A DNA stretch of 64,000 nucleotides from an uncultured Fibrobacterota bacterium (lineage in GTDB: Bacteria > Fibrobacterota > Chitinivibrionia > Chitinivibrionales > FEN-1185), in the NCBI GenBank assembly GCA_963753345.1, contig CAVWBU010000036.1, forward strand, positions 1-64,000. The letters run 5' to 3'. This document shows positions 21,733 through 32,754 of this stretch, in pieces. Both the position numbers and the translations under genes were made by a program. Within the stretch, counting starts at the first letter, position 1; each line of letters begins with the position of its first letter. The notes beneath the pieces are model-generated. The model did not search any database, was not told where the DNA came from, and saw only the letters and a list, made by a program, of their open reading frames with translations.

Positions 21733-22608
21733 ATGAATTCGGAAAAAGATTTACAGCAGGAAACCCCAGCAATTGGATTTGCTGAATTTCTTGAAGAAAT
21801 CCCGCCGGGACAGTTAAAAAAAATTTCGGAAATTTCGGAAATTATTTTTTCAGGTAGATTCGGGCGGGATATTGATGTTTTAATTTGTCCAGAAATACAA
21901 TTATACTGTGATAATGAAACTTGTAATGGGAATAGGTTTTTTAGATGCACAGGCAAAGAACCTCCGTGGATAAGTACAGAAAAGTTTGATAATTTATATA
22001 TAAACTACTTATGTTCAAATTGTCAAAAAACCGCGAAAACATTTTCTGTTGCAGTCCTCAAAGATAAAGGAACAACCTCAGGTCAAGCATATAAATTTGG
22101 CGAATTTCCGAATTTCGGTCCACCTACTCCTTCAAGATTAATCAAACTTATTGGCCCAGACAGAGAATTGTTTCTTAGTGGAAGGCGATGTGAAATTCAG
22201 GGTTTAGGTATTGGCGCATTTGTTTATTATCGCCGCGTAATAGAAAACCAAAAGAATAGAATATTTGATGAAATTATTAAAGTGTCAACAGTGCTAAATG
22301 CACCACAAACAACATTAGATGTCCTTAAAATAGCCAGAGATGAAACCCAATTTAATAAAGCAATGTCCGCAGTAAAAGATGCAATTCCCCAGGTGCTTCT
22401 CATTAACGGTCATAATCCAATTACGCTTCTTCATTCTGCTTTAAGTGACGGTCTTCATGAAAGAACAGATGAACATTGCCTTGAATTAGCCACTAGCATA
22501 AGGGTTGTCCTTGCAGAACTATCTGAACGCATTTCCCAGGCTTTGAGAGACGAATTAGAGATAAAAACCGCTATTTCTAGACTGTTAAAAAAAGGTCAGC
22601 AACAATGA
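21733..22608 (+). CDS. AT-rich hypothetical protein with Zn ribbon and DUF4145/HEPN-like helical domain
   Basis: CxxxxC...CSNC, GIGAFVYYRRVIE, LHSALSDGLHE; composition very unlike the flanks. Confidence 0.65.
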   Translation: MNSEKDLQQETPAIGFAEFLEEIPPGQLKKISEISEIIFSGRFGRDIDVLICPEIQLYCDNETCNGNRFFRCTGKEPPWISTEKFDNLYINYLCSNCQKTAKTFSVAVLKDKGTTSGQAYKFGEFPNFGPPTPSRLIKLIGPDRELFLSGRRCEIQGLGIGAFVYYRRVIENQKNRIFDEIIKVSTVLNAPQTTLDVLKIARDETQFNKAMSAVKDAIPQVLLINGHNPITLLHSALSDGLHERTDEHCLELATSIRVVLAELSERISQALRDELEIKTAISRLLKKGQQQ

Positions 22609-22678
22609 TTATTAGTTCGAAAGAATTCTACTGATTTATAGGCGCGTATTTATCATAAAAGAATTTTAGAAAGCAACT

Positions 22679-23842
22679 ATGGCCTTACGCGACTTCTACG
22701 AAGTCCTCGGCGTCCCCAAAAACGCCTCCGAAGACGACATCAAGCGGGCCTACCGCAAGCTCGCCATGAAATACCACCCGGACAAGAACCCGGGCGACAA
22801 GAGCGCCGAGGAGAAGTTCAAGGAGGCTACGCAGGCGTACGAAGTGCTCAAGGACCCCAAGAAACGCTCGCAGTTCGACCAGTTCGGGACCGCCGCGTTC
22901 GAGGGGCCGGGCGCACAGGGCGGAGGGTTCGGCGGATTCGGCGGCGCCGGGTTCGACATATCCGACGCGCTGCGCGCGTTCATGAACGATTTCGGCGGCG
23001 ACTCGTTCTTTTCCGATCTCTTCGGCATGGGCGGCGGCGGCAGGCGGCGTGGCGGCAGGCGGGGCGGCGGCTCCCGCGGCAACGATCTGCAGGTGCACCT
23101 TTCGCTCAAGCTTTCCGAAATAGCAACCGGCGTCACCAAGACGCTCAAGGTGAAGCGCAAGGACGCCTGCACCGAATGCAAGGGGACCGGTTCGAAAAGC
23201 GGCAGGCGCGGCACGTGCCAGCAGTGCAACGGGTCGGGCCGCGTTCAGCACGTTTCGAATTCATTTTTCGGCCAGCTCGTGCAGGAATCGGTGTGCCCGG
23301 TGTGCAGGGGCGAAGGCCAGTTGGTGACTGATCCGTGTGCGAAATGCTCGGGCAGCGGCCGCCAGGCCGCGGAGACCACGGTATCGGTCGACATTCCGGC
23401 GGGCGTGTCGGAAGGCAATTACCTGACCGTGAACGGCAAGGGCGACGCGGGTCAGGGCGGCGGGCCTGCGGGAGACCTGATTGTGGTGATCCAGGAAGAA
23501 CCGGACACGTTTTTCGAGCGCCACGGCATCGACGTGGTGTGCTCAATCGATATATCGTTTTCCGAGGCGGCGCTCGGCGCCTCAACAACGGTGCCGACGC
23601 TTGACGGAAAGGTAAGCCTCAAGATCCCGCCGGGCACGCAGTCCGAAAAGATATTCCGGCTCCGCGGCAAGGGCCTGCCCGCGCTGCACAGCTCCCAGCA
23701 GGGCGACCAGCTCGTGCGCGTGCACGTGAAAACGCCGGAGCGGCTTTCCAGAGAGGAAAAGGAGCTGTTTGAGAGGCTGGCAGGGCTGGGGACAAAGGAC
23801 AAGGGGAGTTTTGAGAAGTTGAAAGGATTCTTTGCTCAGTAG
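22679..23842 (+). CDS. dnaJ: Chaperone DnaJ
   Basis: HPD J-domain, G/F region, four CxxCxGxG motifs. Confidence 0.98.
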   Translation: MALRDFYEVLGVPKNASEDDIKRAYRKLAMKYHPDKNPGDKSAEEKFKEATQAYEVLKDPKKRSQFDQFGTAAFEGPGAQGGGFGGFGGAGFDISDALRAFMNDFGGDSFFSDLFGMGGGGRRRGGRRGGGSRGNDLQVHLSLKLSEIATGVTKTLKVKRKDACTECKGTGSKSGRRGTCQQCNGSGRVQHVSNSFFGQLVQESVCPVCRGEGQLVTDPCAKCSGSGRQAAETTVSVDIPAGVSEGNYLTVNGKGDAGQGGGPAGDLIVVIQEEPDTFFERHGIDVVCSIDISFSEAALGASTTVPTLDGKVSLKIPPGTQSEKIFRLRGKGLPALHSSQQGDQLVRVHVKTPERLSREEKELFERLAGLGTKDKGSFEKLKGFFAQ

Positions 23843-23848
23843 GCACGA

Positions 23849-24148
23849 CTAATCAATCTGATCGCGATTCGGAATTCTCCTTGAATGAACGATCCCGATG
23901 ATTGCCACTCTGTGCTCGGTCAGAATCTTATAGAGAATTCGGTAGTTGAAGACTTTCAATTCCCTGTACAAATCCTCCCGCAATTCGGGAATCATATGCC
24001 CAATACGAACATTGACCCTTAAGCGGCTTGATTCCTTGACGACAAGCTGTACAACGCGCCTTGCCTGAAACGGCGAATCCTTTGCAATGTATTCTCCGAT
24101 TTGGTCAAGGTGTTCGTAGGCCCGAACCGCCCAAATCACTTCAGCCAT
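23849..24148 (-). CDS. RelE/ParE family toxin
   Basis: MAEVIW...LDQIGEYIAKDSP...IGHMIPE...YRILY...IVHSRR. Confidence 0.85.
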   Translation of the reverse strand: MAEVIWAVRAYEHLDQIGEYIAKDSPFQARRVVQLVVKESSRLRVNVRIGHMIPELREDLYRELKVFNYRILYKILTEHRVAIIGIVHSRRIPNRDQID

Positions 24149-24318
24149 TTTGCCAGCTTTCGGCGTACCTCGTTTTCCGTAAGCACTTTTCCCGTTTCGA
24201 TATCTTTCTCGCCCCGCTCGATACATTCGAGTACATACAGATGGTACTGGATGTCATCTAAGGTTGCCTCCTCGGGCAAACCGGAAATAACTTTCTGGGC
24301 CTTTTCTTTCACCGTCAT
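24136..24318 (-). CDS. Putative antitoxin
   Basis: 60 aa, LPEEATLDDIQYHLYVLECIERG; overlaps the toxin start. Confidence 0.8.
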   Translation of the reverse strand: MTVKEKAQKVISGLPEEATLDDIQYHLYVLECIERGEKDIETGKVLTENEVRRKLAKWLK

Positions 24319-24598
24319 ACAGCGCTCCTTTGCGTCGGGTTCTCAGGAACAATGCTGGCTCAAAAGGAAAATATACCACCGGACGGGATAAAAATAAAGG
24401 TTGTTTGTCATGATTTGGTGATGTTGGAACACAACATCCAAGACTTCAATTCGAGGTAAAAAGCACAATTATCCCCGGGCGGGGAAATGCACGGCATCGA
24501 AGCGCATAGCGGAATATTGCAATACTGACGCTTCGTTAACAGGAACCTGAGCCAAAGCTAAGGTTGATTTTAGATAAAAATTATAGGCCGCCATTAGC

Positions 24599-25162
24599 CT
24601 AGCTGAAGTTCACCTTCTCCAGTTCCTTCTTCATCTGTCCCACCCGCTCCATTATTTCCTTGTTCCCCGCCGCGCCCTGTTCAATCAAGGCAAGTTCCTC
24701 ATGTATCTTTTTAAATACCAGCCTGTAATGCTCGGCCATGGCGTTACACTCCTCGGTCAGTTCCTTCATTTCCTCGTCTTCCCTGAATGAAATCTTCGTA
24801 TTGAGGTTGCCGTTTCTCAACTGGGTAACCCATTTCTCGAATTTGTAAATCGGCACGGCCATTTTTCTCGAGGAAAACAGCCCGATGCCCAGGCCGATCA
24901 CGATGCTGAACACCTGTGCCGCCACCACGCTCGGCAGAATGAATTCGAGGATGTTCTTGAGCTCGAGGTCCTGCCGGGTGTCGTTGCTCATGTAGTAGAA
25001 ACTGCCGTTGCGCGATTTGCTGTCGTACAGGACGGTGAGCGCGGCGGTGGTGATCACGGCGGAAAGGAGCACCACGAGAAGGATTCTAAAAATAATTTTG
25101 AGCTGCAGCGACTTCTTGATGAAGAAGTTACGCACCGGTCGGCGTTCATTTCTCTGCGGCAT
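24599..25162 (-). CDS. Two-TM HAMP-domain protein without an output domain
   Basis: Two TM helices, then MAVPIYKFE...GNL...REDEEMKEL...N and a short coiled coil. Confidence 0.75.
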   Translation of the reverse strand: MPQRNERRPVRNFFIKKSLQLKIIFRILLVVLLSAVITTAALTVLYDSKSRNGSFYYMSNDTRQDLELKNILEFILPSVVAAQVFSIVIGLGIGLFSSRKMAVPIYKFEKWVTQLRNGNLNTKISFREDEEMKELTEECNAMAEHYRLVFKKIHEELALIEQGAAGNKEIMERVGQMKKELEKVNFS

Positions 25163-25247
25163 GATGGCACCTGCCTGCACCGGGCGGTCTCCCACGATCG
25201 CTGTGTGCGGCACAAATAATATACGTTATGTGAAGCAGACGGCAAAA

Positions 25248-27476
25248 CTACGTGCCGGCGCGTGTCCGCGTTATGGTGAAAAGGGCCGTGGCCGCGGTCC
25301 AGACGAAATCCTTGTTGTCAAGCTGTTGATGCAGGAATGCACGTAGCCCGTCCGCGGCGTCGGGGCCGAAAAGCGTTGCGGTCCTTTCGCCGAGCGATTT
25401 TCTTTCGCCCTCGCCGCTGCGGCGGAACCAGTGTTCAACGAGGTCGGGCGTGATGCGGCGGCGGGCGGCTGCCGTGACGGTTCGCGCGGAAAACGCACAC
25501 GGAAGAGCCTCGGCGCATGCCTTTTCAAGGCCGGCCGGAGTCCAATTGACAAGCGGGTCATTCGGGTCGCCGAACAGCGCATCTTCCGCCGAGGCCAGAT
25601 GGGACACGCGTTCGGCGTTTCCGGCGCCCTCCGGTACGAGGTTTGAAAGTCTCTGACCCTGGGCATAAACGGTTTCCGCAAGCACCACGCACCCTGCGGC
25701 GCCGGTGAGGCCAAGGGCCTTTTTGACGACGGCAATCTTGTCTGGAAGCGCCGCGATAACGTTTCTGCCCACCACCGCGTCGAAAACGACGCCGGCGTCT
25801 GCGGCTTTCCGGACGTCGGCGTCAAACGTTGACAGAGAGGACCGTACCACCGTGGGCCTCCGGAGCGTCTCGTACTGGCGAGCCATGGCGGTGACGGTCT
25901 CGAATTCCTTTTCGTCGTGGGCGAGCGCCCACACGCTGCCCTCGGGCGCGCGGCGCACGGCCTCGAAGGTAAGCAGACCGGTGCGCGCATGGAGATCGAG
26001 CACGAGCGAGTCGCGCTTGACCCCGGCGCTCTCGAATATCAGGTCGCGCGTCTGGGCGAGCTTGTCTCCGCCGCTTGCGCGGCGCGCCCATTCGGCCCGC
26101 ACCGGCTTTGCTCCACCGGGTTCTTCCCGGGGATCGGCTTCGTCCGCGGTCATTGCCTCGACCATGGCTTCGCGCCTGCGCGTCACGGCCAGCGCGATTT
26201 CCTTTTCGTAGCCGATGTCGGCGGGCTGGTAGAAAAGTTTTCCCTGCAGGGCAGGCGGCAGATACTGCTGCGCCACCCAGTGGTCGCGGTACGCGTGCGG
26301 GTACAGATATCCTTCGCCGTGGCCGAAACCTTCCTTGTCGCGTGAGGAATCCTGCAGATGAGAAGGCACTTCGTCGTTCGTTTCCTGCGACACCGCTGCC
26401 AGCGCGTCGAAAAAGGCCATGGACGAATTGCTCTTCGGCGCGGTGGCGAGATACAGGCACGCGTGGGCCAGGTGGTAGCGGCCCTCGGGCATGCCGACGT
26501 AGTCGAACGCGGCGGCGGCGTCGGCCACCACCGAGAGCGCGCGCGGGTCTGCCATGCCGACGTCTTCACAGGCGAGAATGAACATGCGCCGGAAGATGAA
26601 GCGCGGGTCCTCGCCGGCGTATACCATTTTTGCCATCCAGTAAAGTGCGGCGTCCGGGTCCGAGCCGCGCACCGACTTGATGAACGCGGAGACGGTGTCG
26701 TAATGCGCGTCGCCGTCCTTGTCGTAGAGCACGGCCTTCTGCTGGATCGACTCCTCGGCGACTTTGCGCGTGATGCGGATGAGACCGTCCGGGCCGCGGC
26801 CGGTGGTCTCGACGGCGAGCTCCAGCGCGTTGAGCACGCCGCGCGCGTCGCCGTTGGCGACCGCCACAAGATGATCGAGCGCGTCATCGTCGATCACGGC
26901 GTTGCGGCCGCCCAGGCCGCGTTCCGTGTCGGCGAGCGCGGCGCGCGCCACGGCGCGCAGGTCGTCCTGCGAAAGTTTTCTGAGCTGGAAGATCCGCGAA
27001 CGCGACACGAGCGCCTTGTTCACCTCGAAGTATGGATTTTCGGTGGTCGCGCCGATAAGGATGATGACGCCGTTTTCCACGTGGGGGAGCAGCGCGTCCT
27101 GCTGCGCCTTGTTGAAGCGGTGCACCTCGTCGATGAACAGGATGCTTCGCCGTCCGTAGAGCGAGAGCGTCTTCTTCGCGCTGTCGATAGCGTCGCGGAT
27201 GTCCTTGACACCCGCGAGCACCGCGTTGATGGAAAGGAACTGCGCCTTGGTGGTCTGCGCGATGATGCGCGCGAGCGTGGTCTTCCCGGTGCCGGGCGGC
27301 CCGTAGAAGATGAGGCTGGAAAGCTGGTCGATCTGGATGGCGCGCCGCAGGAGCCGTCCGGGACCAACGATGTGCTCCTGCCCGAAGAACTCGTCGAGCG
27401 TGCGCGGCCGCATGCGGTCGGCGAGCGGGGCGGTCTTCGCGAGCAGGTCGTCGCCCCGTTTTTCGAACAGGTCCAT
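25248..27476 (-). CDS. rarA: Replication-associated recombination ATPase RarA/MgsA with C-terminal methyltransferase-like extension
   Basis: [47 protein letters not shown]; about 300 extra residues ([11 protein letters not shown]). Confidence 0.9.
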   Translation of the reverse strand: MDLFEKRGDDLLAKTAPLADRMRPRTLDEFFGQEHIVGPGRLLRRAIQIDQLSSLIFYGPPGTGKTTLARIIAQTTKAQFLSINAVLAGVKDIRDAIDSAKKTLSLYGRRSILFIDEVHRFNKAQQDALLPHVENGVIILIGATTENPYFEVNKALVSRSRIFQLRKLSQDDLRAVARAALADTERGLGGRNAVIDDDALDHLVAVANGDARGVLNALELAVETTGRGPDGLIRITRKVAEESIQQKAVLYDKDGDAHYDTVSAFIKSVRGSDPDAALYWMAKMVYAGEDPRFIFRRMFILACEDVGMADPRALSVVADAAAAFDYVGMPEGRYHLAHACLYLATAPKSNSSMAFFDALAAVSQETNDEVPSHLQDSSRDKEGFGHGEGYLYPHAYRDHWVAQQYLPPALQGKLFYQPADIGYEKEIALAVTRRREAMVEAMTADEADPREEPGGAKPVRAEWARRASGGDKLAQTRDLIFESAGVKRDSLVLDLHARTGLLTFEAVRRAPEGSVWALAHDEKEFETVTAMARQYETLRRPTVVRSSLSTFDADVRKAADAGVVFDAVVGRNVIAALPDKIAVVKKALGLTGAAGCVVLAETVYAQGQRLSNLVPEGAGNAERVSHLASAEDALFGDPNDPLVNWTPAGLEKACAEALPCAFSARTVTAAARRRITPDLVEHWFRRSGEGERKSLGERTATLFGPDAADGLRAFLHQQLDNKDFVWTAATALFTITRTRAGT

Positions 27477-27727
27477 CGGTATCTCTTTGGCCGGACTGGT
27501 TTTCTCTCCTACGGCCGCAGGCTGCGACCGGCAGACAACATCCGGTACAAAATACATTGGGTGACCCGCAGTTTGCGTCTGCCCCATCCGGGCACCGGTC
27601 CTTCGCCGCAGAATTCACTGTCTGGTTGATCGTCGAATCACTATTTTATATTTTCGGATTCAGGGAGGCGTTGTCCGCCGGTCCGGGGAAGCCTTTTCAC
27701 AAACCGTCAAGCAAGTCAAATCCCCCT

Positions 27728-29029
27728 ATGAAAGTACGCAACGATATCCTCAAACTCCTCTACGCCACGATGCTGGTGGAATTGCCTTCCGAGCAGGTGA
27801 AGGAATTCTGGCTCGACCATCCGCTGGAAAGCGGGGGGAAGGTCATTCGGGACGCGGACCTCCTGAGGCACCTCTGGGAAGAGGACAGGCACGCCGACCT
27901 GGCATACGTATTGTCGGTGCTCAATTCGGTTGAGCCCTTTCTTGTTTCGCACGGCATCCCCACGCTGGAATTTGTCGACAAGTTCATCGCCGGCCTCAAC
28001 GGGGGTTCAATTGTAGGGGTCGGGCCCCTTCTTGGCGCCATGGCGCCGTTTTTGCGGCTGCTGTTCTCATCCACGGACATCGTGCATTTTGCAAATAAGA
28101 ATGTCCTGCCCTCTATCCTGCGGAAGGTTGTGCCGTCGATCCGTTGCCAGATGGTGAAACACGAGGCCAGGGCAGGCAGGGCGACATCGGTGCTCCTTCT
28201 GAATTTCGACAAGTCTTCCAGGAAGGAATTGCCGTCCTACGATCCTTACCTCTACTTTGCGCGGCCCCTGCAGCTCGGTCCTACGCGGATCGGCATGGCG
28301 CCTCTGGAGGAGGTTCGGCTCCTGAGCGACATGAGAACGGTCGAGGGGATCATCGAAAAGGGACTGGTTTCCATTGACAAAGATGAAGTCCGCATCATGG
28401 GCCGGCCGGCAGGTTCTCGTATCGGATTTCACGAGCACTGCCGCAAGAACGGCATTTCGGTCCGCGGCCTCGGCGTTCCCGACAAGCCCGTGGTCGAGAT
28501 GTCGAGAAGCTACGTGTGTCCGGTAAGAAAACGCGAGGTGCTTTCCAAGGGATGCGCCTACGGCGCGCCGCTGTGTCTCGTGGGGGTGCGGTACAGGGTC
28601 AATGCCCGGCAGCCGGAGCACTTCCTCGCGCCCATCATCGCCGAGGGCGTCTCGGGCAAAAACGATGCATGGCGGAAGGCCGCCGACAGGCACGCGGCCC
28701 TCCTGAACGATCTGGAGCGGAAAATCGTGTTTGCCTTCGACCGCTCCGCCGAGACAATCTCGGCGAACGGCCGTCGGCTGGCAAAATCGGCCCCGGCTCT
28801 TATCCTCAGGAACATTGTCCGGCAGCACGTGTCCGGGGGAAAGACCGAGTTTTCGAACAGCGATTTCACCGGCGACGGCACGGGCACGCCGCCGGACAAT
28901 TTTTCCCTCAGGCTGCAGCGGCTCTCGGCGGTTCTTTCCGAAAAGCTCCCCGAGGTTGCCATTGTAAAGTCCGGCCGCGGGCAGTTCAGGTTCCAGGCGC
29001 CCTGCAGGGTCGAACTCAAAGAGTTGTAG
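27728..29029 (+). CDS. Hypothetical protein with C-terminal winged-helix-like domain (putative regulator)
   Basis: Long ORF; C-terminus ISANG...ALILRNIV...TEFSN...NFSLRLQRL...GRGQF. Confidence 0.6.
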   Translation: MKVRNDILKLLYATMLVELPSEQVKEFWLDHPLESGGKVIRDADLLRHLWEEDRHADLAYVLSVLNSVEPFLVSHGIPTLEFVDKFIAGLNGGSIVGVGPLLGAMAPFLRLLFSSTDIVHFANKNVLPSILRKVVPSIRCQMVKHEARAGRATSVLLLNFDKSSRKELPSYDPYLYFARPLQLGPTRIGMAPLEEVRLLSDMRTVEGIIEKGLVSIDKDEVRIMGRPAGSRIGFHEHCRKNGISVRGLGVPDKPVVEMSRSYVCPVRKREVLSKGCAYGAPLCLVGVRYRVNARQPEHFLAPIIAEGVSGKNDAWRKAADRHAALLNDLERKIVFAFDRSAETISANGRRLAKSAPALILRNIVRQHVSGGKTEFSNSDFTGDGTGTPPDNFSLRLQRLSAVLSEKLPEVAIVKSGRGQFRFQAPCRVELKEL

Positions 29030-29138
29030 ACGTTCCCCGTACCGCCCTGTATTCTTGTCAAAAATACCCCGCAGGAAGTATCTTTATTTAATTTTGCGTT
29101 TCTAATTCCAGGCGCCTGCGCGCCGCACAGGAAAGACC

Positions 29139-30473
29139 ATGTTCGAAGAACTCACCGGCAGGTTTGAGTCGATTTTCCGGAAGATCCGCGGCCAGGGCAG
29201 GATATCCGAGGAAAACGTGGCCGAGGCCATGCGCGACGTCAAGCGCGCGCTTCTTGAGGCCGACGTCAACTACAAGGTCGTCAAGAAGTTCACCGCCGCC
29301 GTTTCGGCCAAGGCCCTGGGGGCCGATATCCTTGCGAGCATCACGCCGGGCCAGCAGTTTGTCAAGCTCGTCTACGACGAACTCGCCGCCCTCATGGGCG
29401 GCAGCGCGCGCGCCATCAGGTTCCACACCAACCGCCTCAACATCGTGGCGCTGGCGGGCCTCCAGGGCTCGGGAAAAACAACCACCTGCGCGAAGCTCGC
29501 GCTCTACTACCGAAAACAGGGACACCGGCCGCTCCTTGTCGCGTGCGACACGCACCGCGCCGCGGCAATCGACCAGCTCGAAACGCTGGGAAAATCGCTC
29601 GGCGTTCCGGTGTTTTCCGACCGGACAAAATCGCCGGTTGAAATCTGCAAAGAGGCGCTCGCGTATGCGCAGCGCGAAGGGTTCTCGCTTGCCGTTGTCG
29701 ACACCGCCGGCCGGCTGCATATCGACGCCGGCATGATGGCGGAGCTCAAAGAGCTCTGCGCCGCAGCAAGACCCGACGAGATCTTTTTCGTCGCCGACGC
29801 CATGGCAGGCCAGGACACGGTGAACGTTGCCGCCGAGTTTCACAAAGAGATAACGTTTTCGGGCGTCATCCTCACCAAGATGGACGGCGACGCACGCGGC
29901 GGCGCCGCGTTGTCGATCCTCGACGTGGTCGGCGTGCCGCTGCAGTTCGTCGGCGTGGGCGAGAAGCCCGACGGGCTGGAGCTTTTCCACCCGGAGCGTA
30001 TGGCCTCGCGCATCCTCGGCATGGGCGACATTGTCTCGCTCGTGGAAAAGGCGCAGGAGAATTTCGACCTCGAAGAAAGCAGGAAGCTCGAAAAGAAGTT
30101 CAGAAAGAGCACGTTTTCGCTGCAGGATTTTCTCGACCAGCTCCGGCAGATCAAGAAGATGGGCTCGCTTACGGATCTCCTTGCAATGATCCCGGGCGCG
30201 GGACCGCAGCTTTCCGGCGCCGATGTGGACGACAAGGCCCTGTCGCGCATCGAGGCGATGATCTGCTCCATGACCGCGGAAGAGCGGGACCGGCCGAACA
30301 TCATCGACGGCAACAGGCGGCGCAGGATAAGCACGGGCAGCGGGACCACGGTGCAGGACATCAACAAACTGCTCAAGCAGTTCGATTCGATGAGATCGAT
30401 GATGAAGCGTATGAACAAGATCGGCTCCCGGCGCGGCCAGACTGCCGCGCTTAAGAGCATGTTTCCCTATTGA
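29139..30473 (+). CDS. ffh: Signal recognition particle protein
   Basis: GLQGSGKTT, DTAGR, DGDARGG, M domain. Confidence 0.97.
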   Translation: MFEELTGRFESIFRKIRGQGRISEENVAEAMRDVKRALLEADVNYKVVKKFTAAVSAKALGADILASITPGQQFVKLVYDELAALMGGSARAIRFHTNRLNIVALAGLQGSGKTTTCAKLALYYRKQGHRPLLVACDTHRAAAIDQLETLGKSLGVPVFSDRTKSPVEICKEALAYAQREGFSLAVVDTAGRLHIDAGMMAELKELCAAARPDEIFFVADAMAGQDTVNVAAEFHKEITFSGVILTKMDGDARGGAALSILDVVGVPLQFVGVGEKPDGLELFHPERMASRILGMGDIVSLVEKAQENFDLEESRKLEKKFRKSTFSLQDFLDQLRQIKKMGSLTDLLAMIPGAGPQLSGADVDDKALSRIEAMICSMTAEERDRPNIIDGNRRRRISTGSGTTVQDINKLLKQFDSMRSMMKRMNKIGSRRGQTAALKSMFPY

Positions 30474-30533
30474 CGGAAAGTAAAATCATCCTGAGATTGT
30501 TTTTTTTCACCTTTCACCAAAGAGGAGTAACTC

Positions 30534-30908
30534 TTGTCTGTAAAAATCCGTCTGGCCAGAACAGGGCGTAAGAACGTGTCCCGATTCCGCGTCGTTGCGA
30601 TTGACGGCCGCACGCAGCGCGACGGCAAGTTTCTGGAAGTGATCGGCACGTACAATCCGCAGGCGACCCCGAAACAGTTCACGCTGAACGCCGACCGCAT
30701 AGCGTACTGGATCGAAAAGGGCGCCGAAGTTTCGGAGACCGTGCACAACCTTCTCAAGCAGGACCGGTTTTACGAAAAGCTCGAAGGAAAGAAGAAAGGC
30801 CTGGGCATCGAAAGCATGAACCTTGAGCGCCTCCCGGAACGCAAGAGAAAGCCGAAGAACGTCTCGAAGAAGTCCAAGGAAGAAGCGCCCAAGCCCGCGG
30901 CCGCATGA
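30534..30908 (+). CDS. rpsP: 30S ribosomal protein S16 (TTG start)
   Basis: VKIRLAR, RDGKFLEVIGTYNP; RBS GAGGAG. Confidence 0.95.
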   Translation: MSVKIRLARTGRKNVSRFRVVAIDGRTQRDGKFLEVIGTYNPQATPKQFTLNADRIAYWIEKGAEVSETVHNLLKQDRFYEKLEGKKKGLGIESMNLERLPERKRKPKNVSKKSKEEAPKPAAA

Positions 30909-31450
30909 GCGGTACTGCCGCTGATATCGGCGCCGATTCGCTTGTGGCGATCGGCATGGTGCGGAGGCCCGTTGGTCTGAAGGGCGAGTGTTATGCTGAG
31001 GCGTTCGGCGCAACCCTGGAGTCGCTCTCGCCGCCGGCTGCGCTGAGGGGCGGAACCGATCCCGCCACCACGCGCGAACTTGTCCTGCGGACAATGCGAA
31101 AAACCCCGCGCGGTCCGGTGTGCAGCTTCGAAGGGATCGACGATGTTGACGCGGCGGGAACGCTGCGCGGATGGTATCTGTTCTGCGGCCGTGACCTCCT
31201 TCCGCCGCTTCCCAAGGGCAGGCACTATCATTTTGAGCTGGAAGGGCTCACGGTTAAGGGCGCGGAATCGGGACGGGTGATAGGCACCGTTGCCGCGGTC
31301 CGCAGCTATCCGACGGTTGACGCGCTGGAAGTGAGAAAAGGGGACGGCTCGACGATTTTGATTTCGATGACCGGCGAGACCGTTAAGGCCGTCGATACTG
31401 CACGAGGCGCGGTGACGGTTGCGGAATCCGCGATCGAGGAGATCGTGTAA
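30905..31450 (+). CDS. rimM: Ribosome maturation factor RimM
   Basis: IG...GLKGE, PRC barrel, conserved position in the operon. Confidence 0.9.
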   Translation: MSGTAADIGADSLVAIGMVRRPVGLKGECYAEAFGATLESLSPPAALRGGTDPATTRELVLRTMRKTPRGPVCSFEGIDDVDAAGTLRGWYLFCGRDLLPPLPKGRHYHFELEGLTVKGAESGRVIGTVAAVRSYPTVDALEVRKGDGSTILISMTGETVKAVDTARGAVTVAESAIEEIV

Positions 31451-31473
31451 CATGTTACCGGATTTGTGCGGCA

Positions 31474-32178
31474 ATGCTCTTTGAGATACTCACCCTGTTC
31501 CCCGCGATGTTCGACGGCCCGTTTTCGGACAGCATCATCAAGCGCGCGGTTGACAAGGGGCTGGTTGCGATACGGTTTGTCAATTTCCGCGACTTTACGG
31601 AAGACAAGCACCGCACCGTGGACGACGCGCCGTACGGCGGCGATCCCGGCATGCTCTTGACGCCCGAGCCGCTGGCAAAGGCGATTTGCGCGAGCAGGGA
31701 GCGGCTTGCAAGCATGTCGCCGAAGGTGGTCTGCCTCTCGGCGCAGGGCGAAACGCTTACGCACGGGACCGTGGAGTCGCTTGCGGGCGAGCAGTCGCTC
31801 ATTCTCGTGTGCGGCAGGTACAAGGGCATGGACCAGCGGGTGATTGACAAATACGTCGACCGGGAGGTTTCGGTCGGCGATTACGTTCTGTCGGGCGGCG
31901 AGATCCCGGCCATGATTCTTGTGGACGCGGTCACGCGGCTCATCCCCGGCGTTCTCGGCAACAGCGAGAGCGCGGGAAAAGACTCGTTCTTTGACGGCCT
32001 TCTGTCGCCGCCGCAGTACACGCGGCCCGAAGTGTTTGAGGGTATAAAGGTCCCCGACGTTCTGTTGTCGGGCCACCACGAGAACATCAGGAAATGGCAA
32101 AAGGAACAGGCGGAAAAGTTGACGCGGGAGCGAAGGCCGGATTTATGGGAGAAGTACAATAGGAAAGTTGAAAGTTGA
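31474..32178 (+). CDS. trmD: tRNA (guanine37-N1)-methyltransferase
   Basis: [29 protein letters not shown]. Confidence 0.96.
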   Translation: MLFEILTLFPAMFDGPFSDSIIKRAVDKGLVAIRFVNFRDFTEDKHRTVDDAPYGGDPGMLLTPEPLAKAICASRERLASMSPKVVCLSAQGETLTHGTVESLAGEQSLILVCGRYKGMDQRVIDKYVDREVSVGDYVLSGGEIPAMILVDAVTRLIPGVLGNSESAGKDSFFDGLLSPPQYTRPEVFEGIKVPDVLLSGHHENIRKWQKEQAEKLTRERRPDLWEKYNRKVES

Positions 32179-32238
32179 CGGTTTGCAGTTGACAGGTGAA
32201 GATAAATATCATTTATCAATACAACCCAGGAGGTTATT

Positions 32239-32592
32239 GTGCAGGGACTTCAGGAAATCATCAAACAGGTGGAAAAAAAGTATCTGACGAAGAACGCCGC
32301 CGATTTCAAGCCGGGCGACACGGTTTCGGTGTCGCTGCGGATTCTCGAGGGAGACAAGGAGCGGCTCCAGGCGTTTTCCGGCGTGGTCATCCAGAAGCGC
32401 GGGACCGGCATGGGCCGGACGTTCACCCTCCGGAAGGCGTCGGGGAGCGTGTACGTTGAAAGGACCTTTCCGCTCCATTCGCCGCTTGTCTCCGAAATCA
32501 AGATCATCCGGAAGGGAAGCGTGAGAAGGGCGAAGCTCTTCTACCTTCGCAACATCAGCGGAAAGTCGACAAGGATAAAAGAGAAAAAGTAA
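32239..32592 (+). CDS. rplS: 50S ribosomal protein L19 (GTG start)
   Basis: FKPGDTV, ERLQAFSG, VRRAKLFYLR. Confidence 0.96.
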   Translation: MQGLQEIIKQVEKKYLTKNAADFKPGDTVSVSLRILEGDKERLQAFSGVVIQKRGTGMGRTFTLRKASGSVYVERTFPLHSPLVSEIKIIRKGSVRRAKLFYLRNISGKSTRIKEKK

Positions 32593-32641
32593 ATTTTATA
32601 TTGTGATGAGACGCAATGACTCATCAATTGAGAGAACAATT

Positions 32642-32679
32642 TCCGCTCGGACGCAGCAGCCCGGGCGGATTTTATTTTT
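32642..32679 (+). terminator. Intrinsic terminator after rplS
   Basis: TCCGCTCGG...CCGGGCGGA followed by TTTTATTTTT. Confidence 0.7.
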
Positions 32680-32754
32680 AGCAAGCGGCGCCGTTCACCA
32701 CGAACCTTGTTCGGTTTGCCGCATTTGCTTTTTGCCTAATACTATTTTCACTGC

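Noticed and set aside
26358-27629. Long antisense ORFs (also 35849-37036, 54384-55865, 58059-59582, 62603-63922)
   Set aside because: Shadow frames of high-GC genes with no independent motifs.
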